Translations under genes and position numbers: made by a program | Source of the DNA: Lepidodermella squamata | Taxonomy: Eukaryota > Animalia > Gastrotricha | DNA: 64,000 nt | Reading direction: 5' to 3' | Assembly: GCA_047495785.1 (NCBI GenBank) | Contig: JBLDXI010000015.1 | Location: 3,782,001-3,846,000 of the forward strand | Notes under the pieces: model-generated | Seen by the model: the letters and a program-made list of their open reading frames with translations, nothing else | Told to the model about the DNA's origin: nothing | The model's database searches: none | Shown here: piece by piece, positions 21,904-35,151 of the stretch | Position numbering within the stretch: the first letter of the stretch is position 1 | How the letters are laid out: the number at the start of each line of letters is the position of its first letter

Positions 21904-24737
21904 ATGGGCATTTGCGAATCAACTGATACCAATAGGAAGCAGTCAACCCATCACATGGATGGAGGCACTGGAACGGTGAAGTATGGCTTTGAAGAAACCT
22001 ATAGGGTAAGCTAAAATTCTCCAATTTGCAACAAATCGCATATGTTCTTTAATTTTTAGCAAAAAGGCCTTGATGTTCAAGTGATACGTCATTATCTGCA
22101 ATTGAATCGGACTATAAAACAGCTTGAACAAAATCACCCAATATTAGCTCATGGAGACAAAACAAAACGCCTCGAATACGTGCAAGGAAGGTTGACTGAT
22201 CTTGAGAAGAAAATCGTCATGGCCAAAGACAACATGTAAGTCTTACTGTTTCACTGATTATTCAATATACGATGAAGCTTTGCAGTGAACAACAGCTAAT
22301 TCAAGTTCAAATGGCTCATAACATGCTAGATTCAAGTGGTGCAAATGCCAAAGAGTTGGTTAGTGGCCTGGTCACGAAAGAGGAGGCTGAGCTCATTCAA
22401 GCCCAGCAGACCCTTGGCCTTTTACAAGCAGATTTCGAAAAATTAACCCGAGAAAGCGCGCAACTTCAGGCAGATTTACATCCAATAACAGCCCAGGCCG
22501 ATCAGTTGAAGCAATGCTATCTAGAGCAGGACGCGTTATTACGTAAAATTTTCAAAATTCACGAGACTGAAAGGTAAAAAAGCTATGATAGGCGCTGTTT
22601 TCGACGGCCAATACGGTAGTAAAGAGGAGAACAAAATCGAGCGGCAAGTTGATGACCTCGCAGATCTCCGAGCCAGAATCGAGGCGGCTAATATCCGGTG
22701 GAGTAGCGCGGCTAATGTCGTGAATACTGCGGCTGTTCAAGCCGCGACAGGTCTCGCTGCCTGGAGCCGATTGCAAGAGTCAAATAACAACAAGTAGCTA
22801 TTTAATTTTCCAATTTTTTTTCATTAAATTTGTATTTATCATCAGTGTAATTTATGCCGCGGCAACAGAGGCGAATAGCAATCTTAACGCTGCTGTTAAA
22901 AATATTCAACTAGTCATTAGCTACGTATCAGGCATCAAACTGCCGTACATCAAAGAGGCAGACATCGCCAACGCAATCGATCTTCTGAAGGGTGGTCTTT
23001 CTTCAAAAGCAGCCGATCCCGACACAGCGGCGCGAGTTCGTGTTTGCTTTGAGGACATGCGTGAAAAAGCCGTTCAGTTGGAAAGTTGGATGAAGCGGGT
23101 ACGTTTGCTCGCTTATCGTTTATTTTTCAAGCCACTTTAATAGCGATTAATAATTAACTGAATTATGACGTTGCATCGATTGATCGGTCGCCAGGCGTTG
23201 GCGTGTTGCAAAAATTGAGTGTAAATATTGCCAAAATAATTCAAGACAATGGGGTGAAGTCTCGAGGATGAGTCATATGATTTTCTGATGTAGGTTGTAG
23301 CAGAAATTATCGACCCTGATGCGGCTGATACCGATGCTAGGCTGCACGAGGCCGAAGAACGGCTGCATGCCGAGAGGTTGCGGCTCATGTACGGCCGGGC
23401 CTTACAGCTTGGCAAGTTGACGCCCGAGGAGAAAAATGTGCTTGAAATGGCTGTTAGAGATGCGGAAGAGGCTGTGCGGTTAGCAGGCCTTGAGGTTGAG
23501 AAAACATCAGCAGCTGCTAATCCGCAAAACAACGGCGCTGATCCTGATCAAATGCGAAAAGTTGCTTTCGATGGTTCCGAACCTGGGCCGGGGGGTCAAA
23601 ATTCCGAAAGTGCCCGGCGCCGCAAAGTTGTTGACGGTGAGTATTTCTTGACAAATTTTGAACAAAAAACCCGAATATATTGCTAAGAGTTCCTTATATG
23701 TATCTGATAAATAATGGACGTTAGCGTAAAGTAACTTCGATCAATTGCCCCAATTATTTTTATTATAACTATGTCAAATCGATAGCTCTCACTATGCACT
23801 AGATTAGTTTACGAGTTAGACCTGAGCTATAGAGAAAAATATGACCAGAGATATCACTCGAGATTTTTTGCTGGGTCTTACGTTTAGCGGGGCCGAATTT
23901 CGAAATTCTTGATGGGCCTAAACGGGCATTTCGGAGCTTTCCAGAATACTAATTCAAAATAAATCATTTTTAAATTCAGCGTAAAATTCTGTATTAGACG
24001 CTTTCTTCACTTCAGAACTCATACTTCACCTTAAATTCGTAAAAATATTCGAAAAGCGACCTTTAGCTTGTGCCAAATTTGGTTCCGCTAAAAGATATTC
24101 AGGGTTTTGATCGAAGTAAGTTTGCAATTTTTGTTACGCAACAATGAACGACCCAAATTTTACCAGGGGTTAGCCATACCTAAGAGCTACCTGTCGTAGA
24201 AAATTTGACCCACCAGGATCACCCATTCAAATGTTCGCATGACTCAAAGTTTGCACTTTTCACAACCCTGATTCTGTTTCTTGCTTTCAATTTCTTTTCT
24301 ACGACCCGAGTTTGCAATGCCTAAATTTCCGATTTTACAATTAGATTTTGCAAATCGTATTTCGACATCGGGTTTAACAATTTTTCAAACTTGTTGGTGT
24401 GTCAGGTGGCTAAAATAAAGTGTCTCAGAAAGATGCATATCTATTGATCTAGAAAGCCGGGTTCGCAAAAAATTGAACAATTTAGTGCTCGAACCCAAAT
24501 TTTAATGATGAAAATATGTACACCAAATTTTATTCCGTTATAGACGGCGAATTCGAGGCAGTTCGTTCCCAGCTTCGGAAGCAAATGGCTGCTGTTGAAA
24601 GGAAAGACGATGCTATTAAGACGCGAGCTGAACGCGAGCTTGCCGAGAGACTCGAACAACGTAAATGGCGCCGTGTTCAAGCCGCATCAGCCGCAAAGGA
24701 AGCTCATCGTGAAACTATCAACCAGTCTCAAGTGTAA
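21904..24737 (+). CDS. Uncharacterised coiled-coil protein with N-terminal MGICEST, copy 2
   Basis: Exon-by-exon similarity to copy 1 (KTKRLEYVQG, CYLEQDALL, RWSSAANVVN, DGEFEAVRSQLRKQ). Confidence 0.8.
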
Positions 24738-25557
24738 TACTCGATCTGCTCGGTCATTTTTCAACTTATCATCCATCATTCTTTCGCTGTGATACAAAAT
24801 TTGCAGCAAATCATTTTCAATTTTTTTAAATAATTTATTGTACTGATATCGTGCCTTTTTTCATTTGCAAAAATATCCGACTGTGCAATTTCATAAGTAT
24901 TAACTGACTGCTAATATTTTTTCTCAGATGCAAGTACCGCTGATGATATTTTTCGATATGTCAGAATTGAGAAGGAGAACTATTGTTATTTGATTCTAGT
25001 TTTTTCCGCAAATATTATATCGAGGGCATCAGAGATTCGATCAGATTGAATTTCGCGCATGACCGCGCTTGATTTTAACTGGGTCGTTGAAATTAAGGTC
25101 AAACTGTTGTTTTGTAAAGTCTATTACAAATAAACTTGAACATTTCTAAGAGTAAATTTTTCTTCTAGTTGCGGTTAAAAATCAGCACTGTATTATGCTG
25201 CTGTTGCGGCTGCTTCAATTGAGTTTGCCAGACGTCATCGATGCAGAAAGTACTGCCCGCTTTTGCGCCGTCCACCACGAAAATTTACGTGGCTTGCTTG
25301 AAGTCGGTGACGAAAGTCGAAAAATTGAATTTAGCGGCACTCTTGATTGGCGATTTTTATTGCTATCATGACGCACGGCATCGGCACCTCAGCGTATAAC
25401 GACGAACGGGTGATAAATATCGATTGCCGCGCGATATCATGTTCGCATAACACACGCCAGAGTATAATGAGCGTATATCGTGTCGCGATCACTAGTTTTT
25501 GGATGCAAATCCAAAAATGCGATATGCCGATCTAGAAACCAGTTTTTAGCAGGTTAC

Positions 25558-28500
25558 ATGCTGACGGCTTACGGCGGGACATCGAATCTGCTCGATATTG
25601 TCGAGCAGATCGGTGCGGATGAGGCGCCCTCCTTACTTCCACCCCTCGATACCACAACAGCCGGCTCGTTGCTGGTTGATATCACTACGTGGAGTTTCGG
25701 CGATTTGGCTCAACGGAAAGCACCCTTTGTCAGCCTAAAACAGACCACGGAAACTTTTCCTACATTCAACAATGAAACTGAAGAGGAAGAACTATTGCTC
25801 GACGTCCGATCTGGCCACCATCCAGGATTTTTAATTCTAATAATTCTGAATCTATGGACAACTCTAAGGTATGCTAAATTTCTAGTTGCGAATTTTGGTA
25901 AATCGTTTTTTCTAGTAATGCGGTCGTTTTACTCGTGATGCTTCGAACTCCTCATCTAAGGCGCCGATTCGGTTGTGTGATTTTAAGCCTATCATTTGCT
26001 GACCTATGCAGCTCAATCATTGTTATGCCATTGGCTATCTACTATTTCGTAATTATTCTTGCTATTTTAAGGCGGAGTTATTCATTCATTATTTTTCCAG
26101 TCAAATTACGACGGTTGGCGGCTAGGAAGCTACTTCTGCGTTGGTTGGGTGACTGCAGATGTTTTCTTTTGCACTGGTAATAAAAAATACAATATTTTCG
26201 AATTTATTGAAATATTTTTCTAATTTTACAGCCAGCATCTGTCATCATGCAAGTATTGCGATTCATCGTTATTTGGCCATCGCAAAACCCCATCAGATGA
26301 GCATGATAACGACAAATACACCCATCATCGTCCAGCTGATCCTACCATCTTGGGCCATTGGGTTGGGTATTGCTGTTATCCTCGCTTTTCAAGCTATGGT
26401 GCGAGAGGACATTGTCTTCAAGGATGGTGTGTAATTTGATTTGGATATAGGATTAAATTTTTTTATTTTTTTTATCTAGATACATGTGGTTTGCAAGATC
26501 GCCTCTACCTCATTTATTCATCAGTAGTATCTTTCTTCATTCCACTTTTCGTGATTATTCTCGTTAGCCTCAAGTCAATACTACTGCTACGGCACCACCT
26601 TAAATTGAAGCAACAAGCGATTCTTAGAACTCTACCTCGACCCATGGCAACATCGAATAACGGCGATTTCGTGAAAGAACAAATCGAAGAGCAGAATTCA
26701 GAGACTACAATTACGGCCGCGGGTTACACGATTCAAATGAGCCAGCCTAAAAAGGAACAACCACCTGAAAATCACGAATCCGACGAAGCGAAAAGGCTTC
26801 AAGATCTGGCGAATGACATATCTTTCAACGCATCAGTTGCTGCTAGAGGGTATAATTTAAAATTGAAAAATAAATTAAAACAAATTAAAAACTTGAGAAT
26901 TTAAGAATTTAATTAAAAAATTGGAAAAGTTGATTAAAAAATTTAAAATGGCTTTTGAAAAATTTTGAAAAATTTTGAAAATTTTGAAACTAAATTTAAA
27001 AAATTTATATCAAGTTAAAAAAAATCATTTTGAGTTGAAAAATTAAAAATTTTAATTTTAATTTTCAATTCAATTTTTTTCAATTTTAGAAGAAAAAGTC
27101 GAGCTATGAGTTTGACGCCCAACATTGACAAGCAGCTGTTGAGCAATATTAGCAAGCAATATCGAAACGTGAAATCGCCACGGATCGATGAATTGAATAA
27201 ATTGACGTCGTTTAAATCGCTGATTGAAACCTACCTCGAACTCGGCTCGTACTGCTACCAAACATCGTCGTCCGTTTCAGTGAGTGCCGGCAACCTTCGT
27301 TCGAGCGCCTCGCGGCAATACTCAAACGACGACAGCGACAGTGACGGGGCCGAAGCGGTTCAGCCGTTGTTCGCCCGAAATGGCTTGGTTATGACCAGCT
27401 CGAGTTCAACTAACACCACCTTACCTCCTCGCGTTAATGTTATGCAAAAAGTGAAAAACCTACCGCAAACCATGGATGTGATACGGGAGGAATCCCACCA
27501 TGAATTTTCGCCGTTATCTATAGCGCAATTATCGGAGAGCCACGTCAGACGGCCGCCCCACAGCCTCGTCCGCCGCGTTTCCTCAATTGTTAGCTTCGGG
27601 TCGGATGTCATGCTAGGCGACGATCATAGCCTCAATTTCGACCTTACAAGCGGCGAATTCGACTCGGCTATGATTTCTGTCGACGAAATGACGCCTAGCA
27701 TTGATTTGCTGACGAGTTTCGGTTTCATAATACCCGAAATACCGTCCCCGGTCGACGAAGAGCACCCTCTAGATCTCCGGATTGTTTTCTCGCGGACATT
27801 ACCTAACATTCAGAAAGAACTCGAGAAGAATAAGGATAAATTAAACCCGAAAAGTAGCCCGCAGCTTGGTAAGATTCGAAAACGGACGGGCCTGAGGAAA
27901 CGGGCCTACTCCATAAATTTGCCGATTGAGCACGTTCTGGTTCAAGAGGCCCCGATCGCTGAGATTGAGACTTATGTGTCACCCGTGGTCCCACGCAAGC
28001 TACTATCGCCCCGCATCAATCGACCCGGTCAGCCGGGCTCGCCGTCTAATAAAGGCGTGCGGAAACACATTAGTTTCAACCCGGCTGCGCGCCAATTTAT
28101 GGCGCAAAGGTCGCCACGTCGTTTTAGTATGCATGAGAACGATTGTGGCGAAGCAGCGGTGGGTAGGCGACCCTCGAGGCGGCTTCGTCCTAGGATACAG
28201 CGAAATTTTAGCCAACGAGTTGTGGCGGCGAGGAATTCCGGAGATCGATTGACCCATCTTTGCGTTAAACCTAACGAGGAGGGGTTAGTTCAGTCTTTCA
28301 TTTTTTATTATAGTTAATTTTTCTGATTTTTAGGGGTAAATTATCTTCACCGGTAAAAAGACAGCCGAGCTCGGTGGATGAAAGTTTGGAGATGGAGGTT
28401 ACCATTGATGAAAATGGCAAACCGGTGGAATTGCAGAATCCGACTAGACTGGTTGTCCAGGTGACGGGTAGCCCGCCTGTCCGGCGCCGGTCTTCCTCGA

Positions 28501-30155
28501 CCAGTGGAACTAATTTTGCTAAAGAAGGGGGCAAAACTATATTTCTATCCCCACGACTGACGGTGGTGGTGAGCCCGCCGTTGGAGAAAAAGTACCAACC
28601 AGAAGCCGAGGCTGAATTGCAGAGATCACCTGTTATGAGCCCGAATGCTGAGGTGAAGCCTAAGGAGAAGGCTCAAGAGCCATCGCCAACTGAGCAGAAG
28701 AAGCGGCAAGTTGTGAAGCGAAGCATGACGGCTCGGCAGAAGCAGCGCGAAAAGGAGAAGCAAGCCGAACGCGTTCTGCTGTTTGTTCTCTTCATCTTCG
28801 TCTGCCTTTGGCTGCCGTTTTTCACCACCAATTTACTCTACGGCGTTTGTCCAAACTGCGTTTACGAGGCGAGTTGAAACTTTTTTCATCTTATTCTGCC
28901 TTAATAAGACATTTTTAGTGGTAAATGGTTCTTCAACCGTAAAAACTAGAATTAAAAATCAATTTTTTGAAATTTCGAGTTTTCCAATCAAATTCAGTTC
29001 AAATGGCTCTTAATTACAGCGTGTCCCAAGAAACGCAAGAAAAAAATACACGAGAAAGGGTTCAAAAACTGTAAAATGAGAGAATGAGAGACGAAGTCAT
29101 ATCTCATGGCCAGAAAAATTATAGAAAAATTCAAAAAATCACGAGAATAGTAATCAAGTATATGCCACTTTTTAATGGGAAAAAAAGTCCGGGAAAATTC
29201 GGTCCAACCGGGTAAAATACCGAAAATTACCGAAGGAGTTGCCATCGAAGTTTTCCGGGTTTTCTCCGGTAAATTTTTCATTTCTTCTGTTAAATCGCGG
29301 ACAAAAGATGGAATATTCCCACAGTAGGTTTAATTTAATAAAATTAGTTGAATTTCCTTCAAAAAGTTGCCAAATTAAAAAATTGTCGCGCAATTCCGAG
29401 ACGCGCTATAAATTTAGTCTGGTCGGATAATCATCAAAAATATATATTTCAGCGACTTTCCAGAATCTAAAAGCCCCTGAAAGCCCCAGAAATTTTCAAG
29501 GTGTTGTTTTTCCATTCATTTGAGATTTTTATTAAGTGGGAAACGCTGATAAGCAGGAATTCAATTAAACTCCGCTTTCCTAATGGATAGCTTTTTTTAA
29601 ATTTTATCCATCCATAAACCTCGATGCGTTTTTTAAATACTTTTTCAATATATAATCTCGAAAAATTCATAATTATTCAACTCATATTTCTTCTCGTACC
29701 CCAAAAATCTGGAGTTAATATTGACGTCATCTGGGGACGTTTCCTCCGAATTCAAAGCCAGCAAGATTAGTAAATAAAAACACCCCTGGACGTCGCCAGC
29801 CCGATCCTAGGCCAATGAAATATGAAATTAATTTTTGTTGTTTTTCCCTTCGCGCTGTGTTCAGGAAGTTTTCGTCGCCTTCACGTGGTTCGGCTGGAGC
29901 GCTAGCGCGATAAACCCGATTGTTTTCACGGTGTTTAATCGCGAATTTAAGAAAGCCGCCGTGCGCATGCTTCGTGACATTAGCAGCTGGATTCGGCGCT
30001 CACGCCGCCGCCAGCCATCGATCCAAAACGCGCTGACGGCAAATCTGCGGCAGGCGCGTGACGTAGGCGGCGACGCCGGCAGGCAGCAGACACGCCGCGG
30101 CAGACAACACCCGTCCTTTCACGAGACACCGACCGCCACTGAACCAACGGGTTGA
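25558..30155 (+). CDS. Class A aminergic GPCR, 5-HT2-like, copy 1
   Basis: TM2 LSFADLCSSIIVMP; TM3 WVTADVFFCTASICHHASIAIHRY; TM6 CLWLPFFTTNLLYGVCPNC; TM7 SASAINPIVFTVFNREFKKA; ICL3 of ~600 aa. Confidence 0.85.
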
Positions 30156-30325
30156 TATCGGCTAATCCTCTTGTCTATTACGACATCATTTTATTTGAAT
30201 TGAACACACACCGAAAAATCGCTTGATTGATCCTGAGTCGGGTAAAAAAAAAGAGAAATAAATGAATTCGGGAGAAAAGTACCCATTCAGTGCTGCCTTT
30301 TCTCGGTGATAGTAGACTAGAATAA

Positions 30326-33300
30326 ATGATCGTAAGCCTGTCGGGAAGCATCGATGATGCCTCTTCGACGAATTCAACGCCGCCGCCGGAGGATTGGGCC
30401 AGTATTTCATGCATACGAACGCGTTACCTGCCGCTGGTTCTCGTCAACATTTGGGCTATTTTCAGCAATATTTTCGTTGTGATAATTATGATTAGGTCGC
30501 CGTCAATCCGAAGAACCTTTGGCGGGGTCATGCTCAGCCTTTCCATCGCCGACCTATCCACATCTATTCTGATAACTCCATTGGGCCTGCAATATTTTGT
30601 AACAGGAAATACATTCTTTTTTCTGGGTTAAATATTCATTTTTTAGTATAAATGCTCAAAATGGGAACTTGGCTACGCGCTGTGCGGATGGTGGATCACC
30701 TGCAATTGCATGCTATCAGCAGCTTCAATTTCGCATCACTGTTGCATAGCCGTGAATAGATACCTAGCAATAGCAAAGCCACACGAGCACAACTGGCTTA
30801 AAGTTGCCGCTAATTCAGGGGTATATCTTCAAGAAAACCGCTCAGTTTTAAATGAAATTTTATTTAAAGATCCTGCTACGAATTATTATGCCATCCTGGC
30901 TGCTCGGTTTGAGCGTGGCGATTACGGTTGGAATTTATTCAATCTACTCACCCGATGACGTCTACTTCTTAATTGCTCAAAATCAAACGTGCCAGTTCCG
31001 AGGCCGATTTTTGATATTAACAGGCGCCGTTTTCTCGATGGGGGCCCTAACGATAATTTTAGCATCTAGCATTTACTCAATCTGCCTGCTGCGACGGCGA
31101 CTTCAAACCCAGGAGCGTAACGCAGCCGCAAATCGCCGGTCCGTTTTGTCGCGACGAAAAAGCTCACCTAGCTCGTCAAACGGCCATTCAATTGTGCCAC
31201 CGGTTGTCATTTTGACGCCACCCATTCAACCGAGAAGTCCGCTATTGAAAAGAATAAGGCGGCTTTTTATTTGCAAGAAAAACCTAAAACAAAAGAAATC
31301 ACTTCTTCATGCTGCGAGAATGACGATTCCAAGACTTGTGGACTACTACCTGGTAAAATCGGCCTTTAGATTTTGTCAATTTGAAAATAATTTTTTACAG
31401 AAAGAAGACGACTATTTCGGCAAAAATGCACCATCTTCATGGGCGAAATGTCGATCGCTGAGTAGAACTTCAGTTGGAACTGACGCGGATGAAATCAGCG
31501 CTGATTTGTGCAGTAGCAGCTTTTCGGGACAGGGCGCCGCCGGTGGTCGCTTATCAGTTCCATCCCGGTCGTCGATCATCCGACAAGATAGCTGTGCTGT
31601 CGCCCAGGGCGTAATGGAGGCAATTAAGGAGGATGAAGAGCCTGAGGGTGCCAACAAGACGCCGTCAACTTTCACACCCGAGTCTTATCTGTCCCGTTCA
31701 CCCTCGCTAACTAGTTACACTTCAATGCAGGTTCAATTTTTTTAATACATTTTTAATAATTATTTGGCATTCATTGAGAAGTGAAAAGTGGGGTTTAGGA
31801 AAAATTTTGACATCGTGAGATGTTAACGCCTCTTTCAAGATCAATGAACGAGGAGTCGAACGGTATCAAAAAGAGGTTGATAGTCTTCTGGGTTGCTGAG
31901 AAAATGAGTTTAAAAGTTCCCGGGTGAGAATTGCTAATTTCGAAAAATTCGCGCTTAAAAATTTAGTTTTTATTGCATCAATTAATAATTCGTCGCGCAA
32001 TAAATTATGATGTTATTTTCTTATGCGAACTCGAGATTTTTTAGGGTTAATCTGAGGTGAGGAATCTAGCTAGATATTCAAAAATGTTGATGACATCATG
32101 ATAGTGCTTCCACGTTAAACAAAATCGATCAGTCTTTTCGGCGTCACTTTGGGGTCTCCCGTCTTTTGAGGTGGATGGGAGCCTCCTAGAGGTCTACTTT
32201 TCGAATAATTATTCAAAATGCTCAACAAAAACTGAGTAAGAACACCTAGGAATCCAAGAATCGTCCCTCTCAATTCAACACATTCTTTGCTATTTGCTGG
32301 AAAATTCAGCAAATACGCCAAACCCCACTTTTCACTTGTTAACGGTCATTTTATTGAAAATAAAAAATTATTTACCTGAATTAGGCAAAGGACTTCGACG
32401 AGGATGCCGATCTAAAAAAATTTCAGTCCGAAATCGCTGAATTCAACGACTCGGGCGAGGATGGTTTATTCGATTCTGATGAAGATAACGAAGCTCCGAA
32501 ACCGAAAATTCCGATTCGACCTGTTCGATCATTCACGAGGAAGAGGGCTTTCAGCGTTGATTTACCGCTTTCATATCTATTTTTCCAACAAGCCCCCCTT
32601 GCTCAGTTTGAAGCACGTGCGAAAAAGGCGTCTTGCTCATCTGTCGAAAGTCACCTTCAAGGCAATATTCAAGCTGTTCGTCAAGACTCGAACGACCCGA
32701 CGTCGGGCGAGGACAATCAGGTTCGAATGAAAAGCCGTGCTCTGTCAATAACTACGAGCCCATCGCGCAATCGCTTCAACACCCAACCGCAAGCAGTTCT
32801 CAGCAAGCTACGCCACCTTAAATCGTTTGTTCGCCAGGAGGATTCAATCGACGAGGCTGATGAAGCTGTTTTAGTTCGAGAAAGAGCTAAAAAGCCTCGG
32901 GCTCACAGCCTGGCAGTAGTTATCGAGCCACACCACAATAGCTTTGTGAGAACTATCGTAGCCCCATCGGCCATGCATGATGTAGAAGAAGTCGCGGAGG
33001 AAGACACGTTCGTCGAATCGCCAGGTTCGAAATTTGACGAAGAAATTGTCGAAGCTGAGCCGGAGATGATGGTAGGCAATTCTGCTTCAACTGCTTCACA
33101 CCTAATTTCTCCCTACCTACGGCGAATGTCCTCAATAAAGCGATTCATAAGGCGTGACCGCTGCTCGGGTGACTCGTCTGTATCTGAAGGCGAGTTCGAA
33201 ATCGGTGTTTGCGATCGGACTACGCACAAGTTTAAACACAGCCGCGTTTTGCTACAACGCGCCGCGTCTGTTGTTTCGTCGCTCAGTAGTGATAGCTTGA

Positions 33301-33849
33301 AACACCTTCGGCAGTCGTTTAAACAACGCTATTCTGGGGCAAGCAGTACGACTGGGAAGAAAACTTCCCTGGCCCTAGAGCGATTTCGAAGAAGGGAACG
33401 TCAGACTGAACGGGCCTTGTTCTTCGTGCTGTTTTTCTTCCTATTTCTATGGCTGCCTTACCTCATCGCAACTTTTGTTTTCGGTATTTGCCCGGCATGC
33501 ATTGATCAGGTATTTATCGGGTAAAAAATCGCGATTTTGAGTCTTTAATTTTTTTCGATAGGATGTCTTAAACGCGTTTTCGTGGTGTGCATATGCTTCA
33601 GGTGCGGTGAATCCTTTGTTGTATGCTATATTCAACCGGCAGTTCAAACATTCGGCGAAATATTTCGTGCGGAAAATGATACACCGACGGCGTGCTCGTC
33701 GTTTTTCAGCCCGGCCTGGGTCGTTGCAGCGTAGATCAGCCAAATTTGTCTCGCGGACTAGCCTTGGCGAACTTGGCGTATCTCCTAATGGAGGCGGCGT
33801 CTCACTTAATACCATTCAACAATTGATGACAAACCCGGACAGTGACTGA
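30326..33849 (+). CDS. Class A GPCR, 5-HT2-like, copy 2
   Basis: LSIADLSTSILITP; WITCNCMLSAASISHHCCIAVNRY; FLWLPYLIATFVFGICPAC; SGAVNPLLYAIFNRQFK. Confidence 0.85.
31779..32337. mobile_element. Putative ~560-bp non-autonomous TIR element in a GPCR copy 2 intron
   Basis: Perfect 18-bp inverted repeat AAGTGAAAAGTGGGGTTT (31779-31796) / AAACCCCACTTTTCACTT (32320-32337); no clear TSD. Confidence 0.5.
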
Positions 33850-35151
33850 AAATAATTAAATATGTCTCTAGCATGTTTCAATTTTCATATATTATAGACA
33901 CCTAGTATTTTTCAAATTTACGGAATAAATTGTCTTTGTTGTTTACATTTTCGCCCGGGTCAGGTTAGGTTTATTTCACGCTAATTAGTTGCCGATCAAT
34001 TAATGTCATAATGATGCGTTTATCATTGACAATATTTCAGACGATTCGAATATATGAGTCATCAGGGGATGATATAGACAAAAATGCGCAAGTCGCATTG
34101 TATCGGAAATCAGTACCCTTTTCAATTCCTGCATTTAATTTCCTTCCTATTTTCGTTAAAAACTATGTCGTGGCATTTCCTGTGGGATTGCTCTAATAGA
34201 AAAATTTATTAACAATAGAGCTCTATGATGCTGCTATCTTCATATTAAAAATACGACCTTGCGAGGACCTAAAGTGAAGACCATTTGTAAATGTCTTATT
34301 TTCTAGTAAAAATTTGGTATTTTGCTGCTAGACAATTGAGAATTAGCGATAATTTTTTCGCGCATCAATAGCTGGCTGTGATCACTTTGCGATGCGCTCT
34401 TGTTTTTCAGGTGAAATTGATTGGGTTTATCGAATTTATCCCTTTATATAAATATATATAATATTATCGCACTGCATATCGCCTTTTTACCGGCATGCCC
34501 AAACGTCGCTAAGAAATTAAGCCGAGCCTGCTTTGCTTTCCCCAACAAAAATAAGATCGGACTTTGGCGGCGGGCGATGCTGCACTGTGCAAAAATATTC
34601 CTATATGCTCTATAAAATAGCAAATTGAATTTCTATGCGTTCACAAGTTTCGAATCGCGTCGCTAGACTGGGCCTATTCTTATTTCTTTTTATATAGGCG
34701 TCACAGTTTAAAATCACATTTCTGCCGCATGATTTGCCTCGCTCGATTCGAAATCATCAAGCCGTTTCTTCATTCTAAAAGGAGAAAAAAACAGGCTCGC
34801 TTTTCACGATTATTTGGAGTTTACACTGACTCAATTTTACGATCGTTATATTGCCTATTGGGGGAATGATGATGATGGTTTCTTCTGATTGCAAAACATT
34901 TTACAAGGCGTCATTTTCCTCATTTTTGACACGGATTTCTTCGTGCGTAAGTAATACACGCACGTGATCGCGGTTGCGCTCAAGGTAAGAATTTAATTTT
35001 TACCTCAAGCAATTATGAAGCTTATCCGAAAGACAGTTCTCCTCAAAATATCTACTTTTTTAATCTTCAAAAGTATAGGGATTTGAAATTTATGAACTAG
35101 TTATGACTAACGGCGGATAAGAAAATTCGGCCAGCCTGAACCCTAGTTGGG

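Noticed and set aside
26850-27089. Extremely A/T-rich tracts (also 63540-63734)
   Set aside because: Low-complexity introns without a defined repeat unit.
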